From: the human T2T-CHM13v2.0 reference genome, Homo sapiens
Direction: 5' to 3' (one strand)
DNA length: 64,000 nucleotides
Assembly: GCF_009914755.1 (NCBI RefSeq)
Contig: NC_060933.1
Shown here: positions 46,080 to 61,285 of the stretch, piece by piece
Layout: each line of letters begins with the position of its first letter
How positions within the stretch are numbered: position 1 is the first letter of the stretch
Position numbers and translations under genes: made by a program
The notes under the pieces: model-generated
Databases searched by the model: none
What the model saw: the letters and a program-made list of their open reading frames with translations, nothing else
Told to the model about the DNA's origin: nothing

Positions 46080-48296
46080 TAGACACAGCCTCGTTTTATT
46101 GTACCTCACTTTATTGCTCATTGCAGATATTATTTCTTAAAGATTGAAGGTCGGTGGCTACCCTGTGTCAAGAGAGTCTATCAGTGCCATTTTTCCAACA
46201 GAATGTGCTCACTTCATGTCTATGCATCAGATTTTGGTAGTTCTCACAATATTTCAAAATTGTGTTATTATTATATCGTTTATGGTTTGGGGAGCCCTCA
46301 TTGCGCTCATATAAAGCGGCCAACTTACTTGGTAAATATAAGGCCTCCCTGTTTGCTGAGACACCACAATATTGAAATCAGGCCTATTAATAACCCTACA
46401 ATTTCCTCTAAGTGTTCAAATGCAAGGAAATGTCACACATCTCTCACTTTAAATCATAAGCTAGAAATGATTAAGTTTAGTGAGGAAGGTATGTGGAAAG
46501 CCAAGACTGATGAAAAGCTGGGCCTCTTGCACCAGTTAGGCAAGATGTGAATGCAAAGAAAAAGTTCTTAAAGGAAATTAGAAGTGCTACTTCTGTGAAC
46601 ACACAAATGATAAGAAAGTGAAACAGCTTTATTTCTGTTATGGAGAATGTTTTAGAGGTGTGGATAAATTAAACCAGCTACAATATTCCCTTAAACCCAA
46701 ACTAGGACAAGGTCCTAATTCTCTTCAATTCTATGAAGGCTGAGAGAGGTGAGGAAGCTGTGGAAGGAAAGTTTAAGCAGAGATTGATTCATAAGTTTTA
46801 AGAAAAGGAGCCATCTCTGTATCATAAAAGTGCAAGGAGAAGCAGCAAGTGCTGATATATTAATAGAAGCTGCAGCAAGTTATCAAAAACATCTAGTTAA
46901 CATAATTAATGAAGGTGACTATGTCCAACAACCGATTTTCAATGTAGATGAAACAGCCTTGTATTGGAAGAAGATGCCATCTAGGTCTTTCATTGCTAGA
47001 GAGGAGAAGCCTGGCTTCAAAAATTCAAAGGACAGGCTGTCTCTCTCATTAGGGGTTAATGCAGCTGTTGAAGCCAATACTAATTTACCATTATAAAAGC
47101 CCTAGGGCCTTTAAGAATTATGCTAAATCTACTCTGCCTGTGCTCTATAAATAGAACAGCAAAGCCTGAATGACAGCACATCTGTTTACAGCATGGTTTA
47201 CTGAATATTTTAAGCCCACTGTTGAGAACTCCTGCTCAGAAAAATGAGCTGTGATGGAGATGCATAAGAGGTTAATGTTGTTTTCATGCATTCTAACACA
47301 GCATCCTTTTTTGCAGCCCATGCATGAAGAAGTAATTTCAAGTCTTATTATTTAAGAAATACATTTTGTAAGGTTATAGTTTTCATAGATAGTGATTTTT
47401 CTGATGGATCTGGGTAAAATAAATTAAAAACTTTCCAGAAAGGATTCTCCATCTTAGATGCCATGAGAAAAATTTCTGATTTATGAGAGGAGGTCAAAAT
47501 ATCAATATTAGCACGAGTTTGGAAGAAGTTGATTCCAACCCTCATGAATGACTTTGAGGGGTTCAAGGCTTCAGTGGAGGTAATAATTACAGATGTGAAA
47601 ATTGCAAGAGAACTAGATTTAGAGGTGGAGGTTGAAGATGTGACTGAATTGCTGCAATCTCATGATAAAACTAATGAGAAGTTGCTTCTTGTGGAGGAGC
47701 AAAGAAAAGTGGTTTCTTGAGTTGTAAACTACTCGTGGTGAAGATGCTGTGAATACTGTTGAAATAAGAACAAAAGATTTAAAATATTACATAAACTTGC
47801 TTGATAAAGCAGTGGCAGGGTTGGAGTAAATTGAAAAAATTCACTTTCAAAAAGTTCTGTGGGTAAAATGCTATCAGACTACATCACATCCTACAGCAAA
47901 ATCTTTTGTGAAAGGAAGAATCAGTTGTTACAACAAACTTCACTGTTGTCTTATTTTAAGAAATTGCCACAGCCACTTCAGCCTTCAGTAACTACCACCC
48001 TGATCAGTGAGCAGCTGTCAACACTGAAGCAATACCCTGCACCAGCAAAATGATTATGGCTCACTGAAGATTCAGATGACCATTAGCTTTTTTTTAAGCA
48101 ATAAAATATTTCTTAATTAAGGTATGTACATTATTTTTTAAACATGATGCAATTGTACACTTAATAAACTATAGAGTAAAAAATAACTTTTATATGCACT
48201 AGGAAACAAAAGTATTTGTGCAATTCACTTTATTGTGATATTTGCTTTATTACGGTGTTCTGGTACCTAACACACAATATCTCTGAGGTGTGCCTG
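46080..48296 (+). mobile_element. Near full-length Tigger1 (TcMar/pogo) DNA transposon with decayed transposase
   Basis: TIR-like ends tagacacagcctcg... / ...gaggtgtgcctg flanked by TA (46078-79, 48297-98); peptides SLTLNHKLEMIKFSEEGM and [25 protein letters not shown] broken by stops and frameshifts. Confidence 0.93.
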
Positions 48297-48349
48297 TATA
48301 CAGAAAAGAGCAAAACAAACATGTGCTTTGTCCCTCTGGGGCTTACAGT

Positions 48350-48703
48350 TGTTGGGACAAGTAAGTTCCTCTTCAAAGACTCAAATTTCTGGTCATAAAT
48401 TGTAAACCAAACCTATCCCCTCCTTTTTTCACAAATCGCACATTTACCCTATTTGGAAAAGTTTAAGTCTTAGCCAACGGGATCTGCTTAGATTGTGCGG
48501 TCTAACCCCAGCCAATAGGGGAAGGACACAGAAACAGGAACTGCATTAGGGTTAAAAACCCCTTCCCTCCTTTGTTAGGTGTGCTCTTGCTATTGTAACC
48601 AGTGCAAGCAGCACCCTTCTGCAGAAGTAAATGTGCCTTGCTGAGAAATTTTCTATCTAAGTGTGGGTTTTTTTTTGGCTATGCTGAGCACTTGTTTCCA
48701 ACA
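48350..48703 (+). mobile_element. ERV1-class solo LTR
   Basis: Inverted termini TGTTGG...CCAACA; 4-bp TSD cagt/cagg; CCAAT box and AGTAAA poly(A)-like signal. Confidence 0.8.
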
Positions 48704-49197
48704 CAGGTAGTTATTGGAACAGTCACTCAACAAATAACTGCCTTAATATCAATATGTGTGTCTATATCTATGGCTATAGCTATGTCTATGTTATATCTGT
48801 ATCTATGTGTATATATCTATAGCTATACATCTATGCCTATGCCCCTATCTATACCTAAATTTATAATTACAAACTGTGATAGATGCTTTAAAAATACTGA
48901 ATACAGTAAGATCATATGGCAGAGGGGCCAATCTAATCTAGGGATTTGGGGATGGGAGTGTGGAGTGAGGCAGATTTCCCTGGAGAGTATGAGACCCTGA
49001 AACCAAACCAGCCTGTGGTATGGTGAGGTTTCATCACACCCAGGCTGTCCCCAGGAGAGCTGGGATGATGTGTATCCTCCATTCCCACCCCCACCATGCA
49101 CAGTGATCATGGAGTCCATCATTCCTCTGGCAAAAAAAGCCATCTTCTCCTCCTGTACTTGTTCTGACCATTTAGTCATAGAAATTCTCCTCTTCAC

Positions 49198-50073
49198 TTA
49201 AACACATTTACAAGAAAAGAACAAACAATCCCATTAAAAAGTAGGCAAATGACATGAACAGACACTTCTTAAAAGAAGACATTCATGTGGCCAACAAACA
49301 TATGAAAAAAAGCTCAACATCACTGATTGTTATAGAAATGCAAATCAAAACCACAATGGGATACCATCTCACGCCAGTCTGAATGGCAGTTTTTAAAAAG
49401 TCAAGAAACAACAGATGCTGGTGAAGCTGTGGACAAATAGGAACACTTTTACACTGTTGGAGGGAATGTAAATTAGTTCATCCATTGTGTAAGACAGTAT
49501 GGCAATTCCTCAAGGATTCTAGAACTAGAAACATCATTTGACCCCCTGTTACTGGGTATATACCCAAAGGAATATCAGCCTTTCCATTATAAAGATACAT
49601 GGCATGTGTATGTTCATTGCAGCACTATTCACAATAGCAAAAACATGAAATCAACCCAAATGCCCGTCATGACAGACTGGATAAAGAAAATGTGGTACAT
49701 ATACACCATGGAATACTATGCAGCCATAAAAAGGAAGGTCATGTCCTTTGCAGGGGCACAGTTGGAGGTGGAAGCCATTATCCTCAGCAAACTAATGCAG
49801 GAACAGAAAACCAAACACTGCATGTTCTCACTTATAAATGGGAGCTGAACAACGAGAACACATGGACACAGGGAGGGGAACAACACACACTGGGGCCTAT
49901 CAGGGGGCTGGGGGAGAGACAGCATTAGCATAAATAGCTAATACATGTGGGGCTTAATACCTAGGTGATGGGTTGATAGGTGCAGCAAAACACTATGGCA
50001 CACATTTACCTATGCAACAAACCTGCATGTCCTGTACATGTATTCCAGAACTTAAACTTATTTTTTTAAAAAA
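49198..50073 (+). mobile_element. 5'-truncated L1PA (roughly L1PA10-13)
   Basis: Perfect 18-bp TSD agaaattctcctcttcac at 49180-49197 and 50074-50091; peptide DWIKKMWYIYTMEYYAAIK. Confidence 0.95.
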
Positions 50074-50687
50074 AGAAATTCTCCTCTTCACCCACCCCTC
50101 TTTCTCCTACCCTTTGCAAATCTCATCCTTATTTTGAAAAAGAAAAAAAAGTTTCAGTGGCAAATGCTGAAGCTTGAGGATTATTTATTCATAAAGTACC
50201 CACATGGAGTCACTGAGAGCTCCTCCAAGCTCTCATCTCAAACAGAAGAGGCTCATTAAGATGGGAAGTCCTGGGGTCTCAGGTGTGATTGCTCAGAAAG
50301 CCAGCACCTTCCCCTGGTTCAGGGTGTGCCCTGCTGCTCAGGAGCCTGAGAGACTCTGGTGATCTGGATGGCAGAGGGGGTTGCCGTGAGCCAGGAGAGC
50401 CCAGCATTAGACAGTAAATGGGGCTGTGACCTCTAGAAGGAAGAGCACTGGCCTGGAGGCTCAGGTATGGTATCAGAGTCCAGCTCAGCCTCCCTCTGCT
50501 GTGTGTACCTGGGTGACCCTCCACCCTCTATGGGCCTCAGATTCTACATTTCTACAATGATGGGGTGATCTCTAAGGGCTCTTCCAGCTCCAATTTCTAA
50601 TAACATAATGTGGCTTCCCAAAAAGACTGACAACTGCTTCCAGTTGTCAGTTTCACTTTCAGAAATAAGGTGAAAATGCAAGACTGG

Positions 50688-50695
50688 AGAGAGAC

Positions 50696-50736
<41 letters not shown>

Positions 50737-50737
50737 G
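50688..50737. repeat. (GACA)n microsatellite
   Basis: Direct reading. Confidence 0.93.
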
Positions 50738-51182
50738 AATTCATTGTTTTGAACCTGAGGAAATCAAGGGACTGTGTTATTATGAGGAAGCAGCTCTGGG
50801 CTCAAACTCTGCTGCTCATTTGCTGAGAAAACCAACAACTTATTCAACCTCTCTTGAGTCTCAGTTTCCTCATACATAAATCATAGATTATAATACCGAA
50901 TTCTTAGTTTTCATGAGAATTACATTAGATAATAAAACTTCCATGAAGGCATGGGTTCTGCCATGCTCACTGAAGTCTAGTGCCTTAAACAGAGGGTCTG
51001 GAACACTGTGCAGGCAACCCAATTTGTTTCGGACAAATGAATGAATAAAAACACACGTGAAACACTCTGCAAAGCACTGAGCCCATAACGAAGATCAATA
51101 CACTTGCTTGTATTGTTACAGTAATTTTTACTAACAATAGCCTGCTTTTCACCAATCCTAAAAATTACTCAAGCCCTGAGAA

Positions 51183-51662
51183 CAGGGATTCTTAACTTGG
51201 TGTCAAGACTTGTTTTCCAATCTGATGAAGCCTATGAAGCCTATGGACCACAACTTAGAGTTATGTTTTTATGTGGATAAAATCAAATGAAAAGGCATTC
51301 TAAAATAAACCATTTATCAAAATGTATTTAAAAATCAATTGTAACATAATCTACATGTTCCTTTATTGACATATTAAGTAAAAATATCTAGTAGCAGATA
51401 TAATAATAACCATAAATTCAAAGCAATAATGAGCCAAAAATATATTTTAAGACATTTACAACAAATGCAATATGATATAAAACTATAAGTAATTTCCACT
51501 GGTGACAAAGTCACAGGTACTGCTAACACACCTATGTTTGTTGCCTATGTTTGTAATAGAAAGAAATGTTAAATTTCAATGAGTGGCTGGCAAAAGTAAA
51601 GATGTATGATTTTCCCATGAAATTTCATGAAACTCCAGCATAGACCCCAGATTAAGAGCTGC
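51183..51662. mobile_element. Charlie4-like hAT element
   Basis: Termini cagggattcttaac...gattaagagctg; internal gaagcctatggacc and ggtgacaaagtcacaggtactgctaa. Confidence 0.65.
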
Positions 51663-54027
51663 TGCCAACAATGACACTTTATTGGAAAAAGCTTTTCTCT
51701 GTATAGCTGTCACTGTGAATATAATCAGAAGCTTGGGTCCTGATAGGAAGACAGGAAATTAAAACTCAACTATCATCACACCAAAATAATTCTTTCCTGA
51801 AGGGGCATATGTGATGTGGTGAATTAACAGACTTGGGCTTCAGAAAATAAATAAATAAATAAGTAAATAAACAAAAGCTTTCAGGGGTTTGCCCTTGCGC
51901 AAATGACCTCCCACCTCAGAACTTCAGTTTCCTCATCTGTGAACAAGTTGTGGTAATGTTTCCTCCAAGGGTGGCTGGAGAATGGGGTAAAATACATAAG
52001 ATAATGTCCCTTGTGCAAATATGCAAATACTGGCTCTTCTGTGTCTCCCTTCCTGTTCCTTCTAGGGCAAAAGAAGTTTATTGCAGCCATCCATGGCTGC
52101 CATAGGTGCCATGATGGGGATGAATTTCTGAATTTCTTAAGGACTTACTAGGTTCTAACTCCATGCTAGATACTTGGCACTCACAGGTGCTGAGACATGA
52201 CCCCCGCCTTCAAGAAGGGCACAAGCTGGGGCAGAGATAGCAAGTAAAAATTTACATGGTGAAGCTGAGTAGACACATATTATAGACACATAAAGACGTC
52301 ATGAGGTCCTCAAAATGAAGCGATGACTTTTCCTGGGCTGGCTAGAGAAGGCTTTCTAGAAGAGGTAGCCACACATGGATCTTGAAGAAAGATGAGAACA
52401 TGAGGAGGAGAAAAGGAAGAAAATAGAAAGACAGGATGGCTGCTAGACGACAGCACAAACAGAGTCACAGAATGTGGAAGAGGAGGAGGAGGAAGGTGTG
52501 TTGCATAAATACCCATACCCAATGAGCCCATTATTAAAGTGTGGGATGGGTGGGAGAAAAGGGAGCTCACCAGGCCCAGTCACGTGTGTTTTATAGACAT
52601 TTTCTAGTTCACAAGGTGGATCTCATTACCTCATTTTGCAGATAAAGAAACTGAGTCATTTAAAAGTCCTATAATTTCCTAGTGGAGCCCTAGTAGGAAT
52701 GCAACTGCCTCTGACTCTGAAGTCCATATTCTTCTCCCAGAATGCCACTTGTTGAATTTGAGTTGGAATCCCAGTTTTGCTTTGTATCTCACTGTGTGAC
52801 CTCTTGAAGGTCACTAGTCTCTCTGACTTCAGCTTCCTTATTTGTCAAATGGAGACTATAGCACCTACCTCTCAGGACTGATATTAAAACAAAAATGATA
52901 AGCCACTTAAAGCACCACATGCATTGCTGGGCATAAAGCAAAAATCCAACCAGTGTAAATTCCCTTTTACTGCACTTCTCCATTTGCACCTGGAGTGGCC
53001 ACTGCCTTTGCATGGTTTTGACAGGCTAGTGGAAAGTGCAATTTCCCAAAAGATCCCAGCTTATGTAAAACACAAGGCACCTCAATTGCCTACAAAGAGT
53101 TGGTTTCCGTAATGGAAATCATAGGCAGCAACAGGCCGTGTTCAATCTGTCAGCTACTTGCAAAAATTTTAGTAGTAGACAGTGAGTTATGGAAATTAAA
53201 TAGTAGTAATTTCATTTGCTGGATAAGAACTATTTGATGTTTCGAAGCATCAAGAATATTTGTAGCACAACTTAATGAATGGAGTTTTATGTGGTGAAAA
53301 TCACAAGGTAATTACCCAGTGATCATCAATAATTGTAAAATTGTTAAGCACTCAGTGCCTCAAGTGATGATTCCTAATTTCTTTTGGAACAATAAAAGAA
53401 TTATCCATCTATCCATCCATCCATCCATCCACCCATCCATTCATCACTCCATTTATTATTACAAATATATTTATTAAGTACCTGCTCTTTCTGGCCCTGC
53501 ACTCTTAGCTGTCAGATACGAGTAAGCCATAGCTTCTGTACCCAACAAGGCCAACAGCAGTCTTGCAAAGTAGAAAAGACATGGCAGAAAGACTATTAGA
53601 GAGGTCTGTAGGAGCTCAGAAAGGGAAGAGGTTACTTCCAGTTTGAGTTCAAGAGAGTGAGTGAAAGTTACTGTATGGATTTCAAAAGACTTCAGTCTTT
53701 TTGTATCTGAAATTTTGAACCATGTGATTAAGTATACTTGTTAAAACATAAATAAATATGTTATTGTTTCAAAGATCAGTGATGACACTGAGAAAGAAGG
53801 AAAAGGTGACAACAGTGGAGGCAGAAAAGGAGGAGGAGGAGAGGTAGAGGGTCATGGACTGAGAACAGACATTATGTTTGAGCTAGTGTCATGAGTACGG
53901 AGGCAGAAAACAAAAAACTGGGAGACTGCAATCAAAGTGAGGTGGTGGAAATGAAAATCTTGAGTGTAAACTATTCTCCAAAAGCTTGCCAATGTCTTCA
54001 TTTGTATTTATTTGACAAGAAGATATT

Positions 54028-54190
54028 GGCAGACCATAGTGGCTCACTCCTATGATCCCAGCACTCTGGGAGGCCAAGGCAGGAGGATTGCTTAAGCCCA
54101 GGAGTTCAAGGCTACAGTGAGCTATGATTGCGCCACTGCACTGAAGCCTGGGTGACAGACAGAGACCTTGACTCTTAAAAAAAAAAAAAA
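54028..54190 (+). mobile_element. Alu monomer (FRAM-like), followed by an old L1ME remnant to ~54680
   Basis: Single-arm Alu with A tail. Confidence 0.8.
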
Positions 54191-55683
54191 GTATTCATTT
54201 TCATCAATCAAGTTGGCAAATATTCTTGCCAAATGATAATTCTCAGTGCCGAAGGGGGTGTAGTGAAATGCTATTTTCGTATTCCACTGTGGGAGTATAA
54301 CTTGCCAACATTTATGGAAAGCAATCTGGCAAAATGTATCAAAACTCGAAGTGTTCGTACACGTTGACCAAGTGATCACAGTAATCAGTTCTAGAGGAAA
54401 AATGAGCAATGCAGATGATGACATATGCACAATGATGTTCGTCACAGCATTGTTTATAATGGGGCAAAATGAAAATGTTCTACATATCTAACAGTGAGGA
54501 AATGATCATCAACATATGGTTCATTCCCACAGTAGGATGTCCTGTGAAAGTTTAAAATCATGATTTCTATGTATAACTGATGATATGGAAAAAGTTTGTT
54601 ATAATATTAATTTTTAAAAGGCAAGAAAAATTATATCGATATAAACACATGAATGCACATGCCCATATAATCCAAAAACAGATATTTTAAGGAAGAGGTA
54701 GCATTTAACTGGGTTGGATGTGTGGAGACAGCAGTGAGACTACATGGTGGACAGCCCTTATATTTGTTTATATAATATCCATGTCCCTTTCTTCTGATAA
54801 CAGCACCTCCATTTTGGGTTTGCGGAAATTCACATCCCTCTTTCCTCACACACACACACTGGATACATTCTTGTAGATTTTTGAGTTAAGGTGTCTTGTT
54901 TTCCTCTGACTTACTGCTGAGCAGGTGAACTGACAATTAAGCCAAATAGGTATTTACTCTTGGGAATCTGAAACTACCCCCTCGGCCTTCCTAAGTGGCA
55001 TGGAGGTTGCAGATGCAGAAATCAATTGTTCATAAACTATCCACGCTCTTCTAACTCTTGAAAGTTCTTCCAGGTAGCCCATGAAGGTAGGCCTACTTGG
55101 ATTTGCAGACTGATGCAGGCCAGGCACAGGAGATTTCTAGACAGAGCAATGGCATAAATAGAACTACCATCTACAAGCCATTATGCAACACTTTCATTCA
55201 GAGCTTCTGGATTTGGGACAGCATGTCCTGAGTTTTGTCAGTAGAACAGACAAAGCTTCAGGCTTTTGAGAACAGTGTTGAGTGAAGATGCTGAGTTTCA
55301 TGTAGCCAGACCAGAAGGGATGCTAGTCTTGTGGAATCTGAAGGAGACAGTAGAAGACAAAAGGCAGCAGAAGAGGGGCTTCCACCTTGCCTTGTCTCCA
55401 CCCAGGAGAGCATGAGGCAAGTAGAAGGTAAAGATGAAGATCAAGCGGAGTGTGCCTAGAGTTCATCGTTAATAGAGATGCTTGGTGAATTCCATCCCAC
55501 AGCCAGACAGGCAGGCTTCTAGACAGTCTAGAAGCCCATGTCTCTTCCAGATCTAAACTTGGGGACTTATGCTGCCTAGCAGGCCATGGAACACAGGAGA
55601 AAGCCATGGGACCTGGATTCCAAGAGAAGGGGATTCAAGTCCTTCTCTGCTGCTAGTGTGAGAGGACTTGGATAGTCACTTCC

Positions 55684-57140
<1,457 letters not shown>

Positions 57141-57714
57141 TTCTCTTTTCAGAGCCTCAATTTCTGTATGTTCAATAAGGCTGTTTGCTCATTCATTTCA
57201 AAGCATGTCCATCCATTCATTTACTCACTCATTCATTCATTCAATCATTTAGCAAATACCTATTGAATGCCAGGTGTTATCACCAGGTTTAGGTTTATGC
57301 AGGAAAATATGAAAAAAATAGTCTTTTCTTTATGTCAAAGGGGCAGGTGGGCTTTCTGTGCTACTATTTAGAGAAGGTTGGGGAGAAGACCTCAGGACTG
57401 ATCCTCTTGCCTCTACTTCTTAAGAGTCTGTGAGGACCTACAACATCAGGCAGCAAAAAAGCCTAGTGCTGGCCATAGACCCACTGTCAGACAGATCTAC
57501 AGTCCCAGGAAACTTGCTATTATCTGTCCACAGGTCTGGTTTGCTCTGTCAGTTTCATTTTAGACAAGGCCACTAATTGGCCTGCCTGCCTTGCCAGTGG
57601 GAAAAGAAATAGTGTGGGGAAGGAATTGGTAGAGACAGTGCTGGTCTGTTAAGTACCTCAAAGGCAGACTGCCCAAGCAATGTGGGAAGACTGATTCCTC
57701 CTGCAATTGTTTCT

Positions 57715-58017
57715 TTTTTCTTTCTTTCTTTTCTTTTTCTTGAAACAGGGTCTTGCTCCGTTGCCCAGGTTTCACTGCAGTGGTGCGATCACACACTGAA
57801 GGCTCTATTTCTTAGGTTCAAGCAATCCTCCTACCTCGGCCTCTGGAATAGCTGGGACTACAGGCATGTGCCACTACACCTGGCTAATGTTGTTGTTGTT
57901 GTTGAGATGGGTTTTACTATGTTGTCCAGGCTGGTCTTGAAGTCCTGGCTTCAAGTGATCCTCCCACTCAGCCTTCCCTAAGTGCTGAGATTACAGGTGT
58001 GACCTACTATGCCCGAC
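57715..58017 (-). mobile_element. AluJ
   Basis: Diverged antisense Alu. Confidence 0.88.
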
Positions 58018-58999
58018 TTGCTTTTTGTTGTTGTTTTGTTTTGTTTTTTAGTGGGGATAGAACTTGGCATTTCAGAAATAAAAGAATATTTTTTTTATTG
58101 AGCATCTATTACATGATAGGTACTGCTCTAGGTGCAGCAAAGGCAGCAGAGTATTAAAGAGAGTCCTTTCCCTCTCATGCAGGGGAGACAGATAACAAAC
58201 CAATGAACAAGGATTAAAGACTTATGTGGTTTAAGAGTTAAATATTAACATGATGGGAGCTTGGGGGAGCTGTGGTGGGGCATGCTGATTTAGTAAGGAG
58301 GTCAGGGATGGCCTTCTTGATAAGATCAGCATGGTGTAGGCTCATGGACATAATCAAATGGGAATACGAATGCAGTGATTAGCACAGTGTCTGATGTGAA
58401 ACAAGTGCTCAATAAATTTCTGCTGTCGATGTTATTGTGAATAATGTGCTAAGTTCCTTATTTGAATATAGGGACATTATGCCTATTTCATAAGGTTGTT
58501 GGATAGATTAAATTTGGAAAAGCATATAAATAAACTTACATGGCAAATTCAACAATGGCTGAGTACTAGCTAGGTGAGACAGCCAGGGGAGACAGACATA
58601 AACACACATAGAAATACATGCAAGCACATCGTATAAAGTCAGAGCAGGGTAAGTGAAAGAAAAGAAGTCAGGGACTCAGGGACTGAGGTGGAGATGCCTG
58701 GGGAGAAGGGACAAGCTGTTTAGGATGGGAGGGGTGCAGGATCCCCCGAGGAGAGGCTTTTGGACAGAGGGAGAAAGGGAATTCTGGAAACAACCAGCCT
58801 AGGAAAAAAACGTGTTACAAGCAGAGAGAGCAGCAGGTGCAAAGGCCCAGGGGCAGGGATGGGGGTGGCCCTTCAAGAACCAGCAGGGGCCAGGTCACAG
58901 ATAGTCTCAGAGGTGACAGTAAGAATTTTGAGTTTTACTATAGGCCAAGAGATACACAATGCACAAGTGTTAAGGAGTTTTGAGCAAAGACTGCAATGA

Positions 59000-59344
<345 letters not shown>

Positions 59345-59785
59345 TAAATCTGATCGATTCATTCAGGTAAAATTTCGTATTGATAATATATATTTTTCAT
59401 ATATCATAAGATCAGCAGTAACTTATATAAAGTGTCTGACCCTCAATCTAAAATAAATGTATTCATTAGACCTGGCATGGTGGGTGGCTCATGGCTACAA
59501 TCTCAACAGATTGGGAGGCTGAGGTGGGAGGATCGCTTGATCCTGGGAGGGTCAAGGCTGCAGTGACCCATTGCTCATACCACTGCACTCCAGCCTGAGT
59601 GACACAATGAGACCTTGTCTCAAGAAAAAAAACCAAAAATCAAATGTATTCATTCATGACTACTTTGTGTAGGCATGCCAGATACAGCAGTGTACATACA
59701 GGCAGTGACAACATATTGTTTTCTGGTGGATCTTCTGATGGTTTTATTGAAACAGTGTAGATGCTCAATAAATATTCTCATTTGA

Positions 59786-60535
<750 letters not shown>

Positions 60536-60954
60536 TGGAGGCTCATTCTTGAGGAAGAGAAGGAAGCAAAAGAAAAAAAAGAAGAGGAAAAAAGAAGGCA
60601 AGAGGGAGCAGGGAACTGCCATGTCTCACCACTATCTCTCTGGATATGTGGATGTGGCCTTCCTCTCATATGCCTATTTGGTGGACTTTTATTCATGTCT
60701 CAGGGCCCAGCTGAATTATCACCTCCTCCATGAAGTTAGAAGCCCTCCCTTCAACACAGGCACAGCAGTGAAATTGCTGCCGCTGGCCTGTTCACCTCCC
60801 TGGCTTCCGGGTCCATCTCTAATGAGGCCAATCCCACTGCATAGGAGTATGCTGTGTGTTTGCTCACCAGGTTGATGATTCTCATTTTGTTTTTGTGCAT
60901 CCTCAGGAATTAGAACTGGTTTTCATGTGTGCCTGGTATAATAAATGTTTAGCG

Positions 60955-61068
60955 CCTGGTGCAGTGGTGGCTCATGCCTGTAATCCTAGCACTTTGTGAG
61001 GCCGAGGCAGAAGGATCACTTGAGCCAAGGAGTTTAAGACCAGCCTGGGCAACATAGCAAGACCTTGT

Positions 61069-61121
<53 letters not shown>

Positions 61122-61285
61122 TAAGAAAATTAGCCAGATGTGGTGGCACATGCCTGTAGTCCCAGATACTTGGAAGGCTGGGGTAGGAGGATCACTTGAG
61201 CTTAGGACTTGGCAGCTGCAGTGAGCTATAATCTTGCCACTGCTCTCCAGCCTAGGCAACAAAGCAAGACTGTCTCAAAAAAATG
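60955..61285 (+). mobile_element. AluJ with a (CA)n expansion in its linker (~61074-61118)
   Basis: Direct reading. Confidence 0.92.

Noticed and set aside
46203-48053. Possible functional transposase (TIGD1-like)
   Set aside because: Multiple stops and frameshifts
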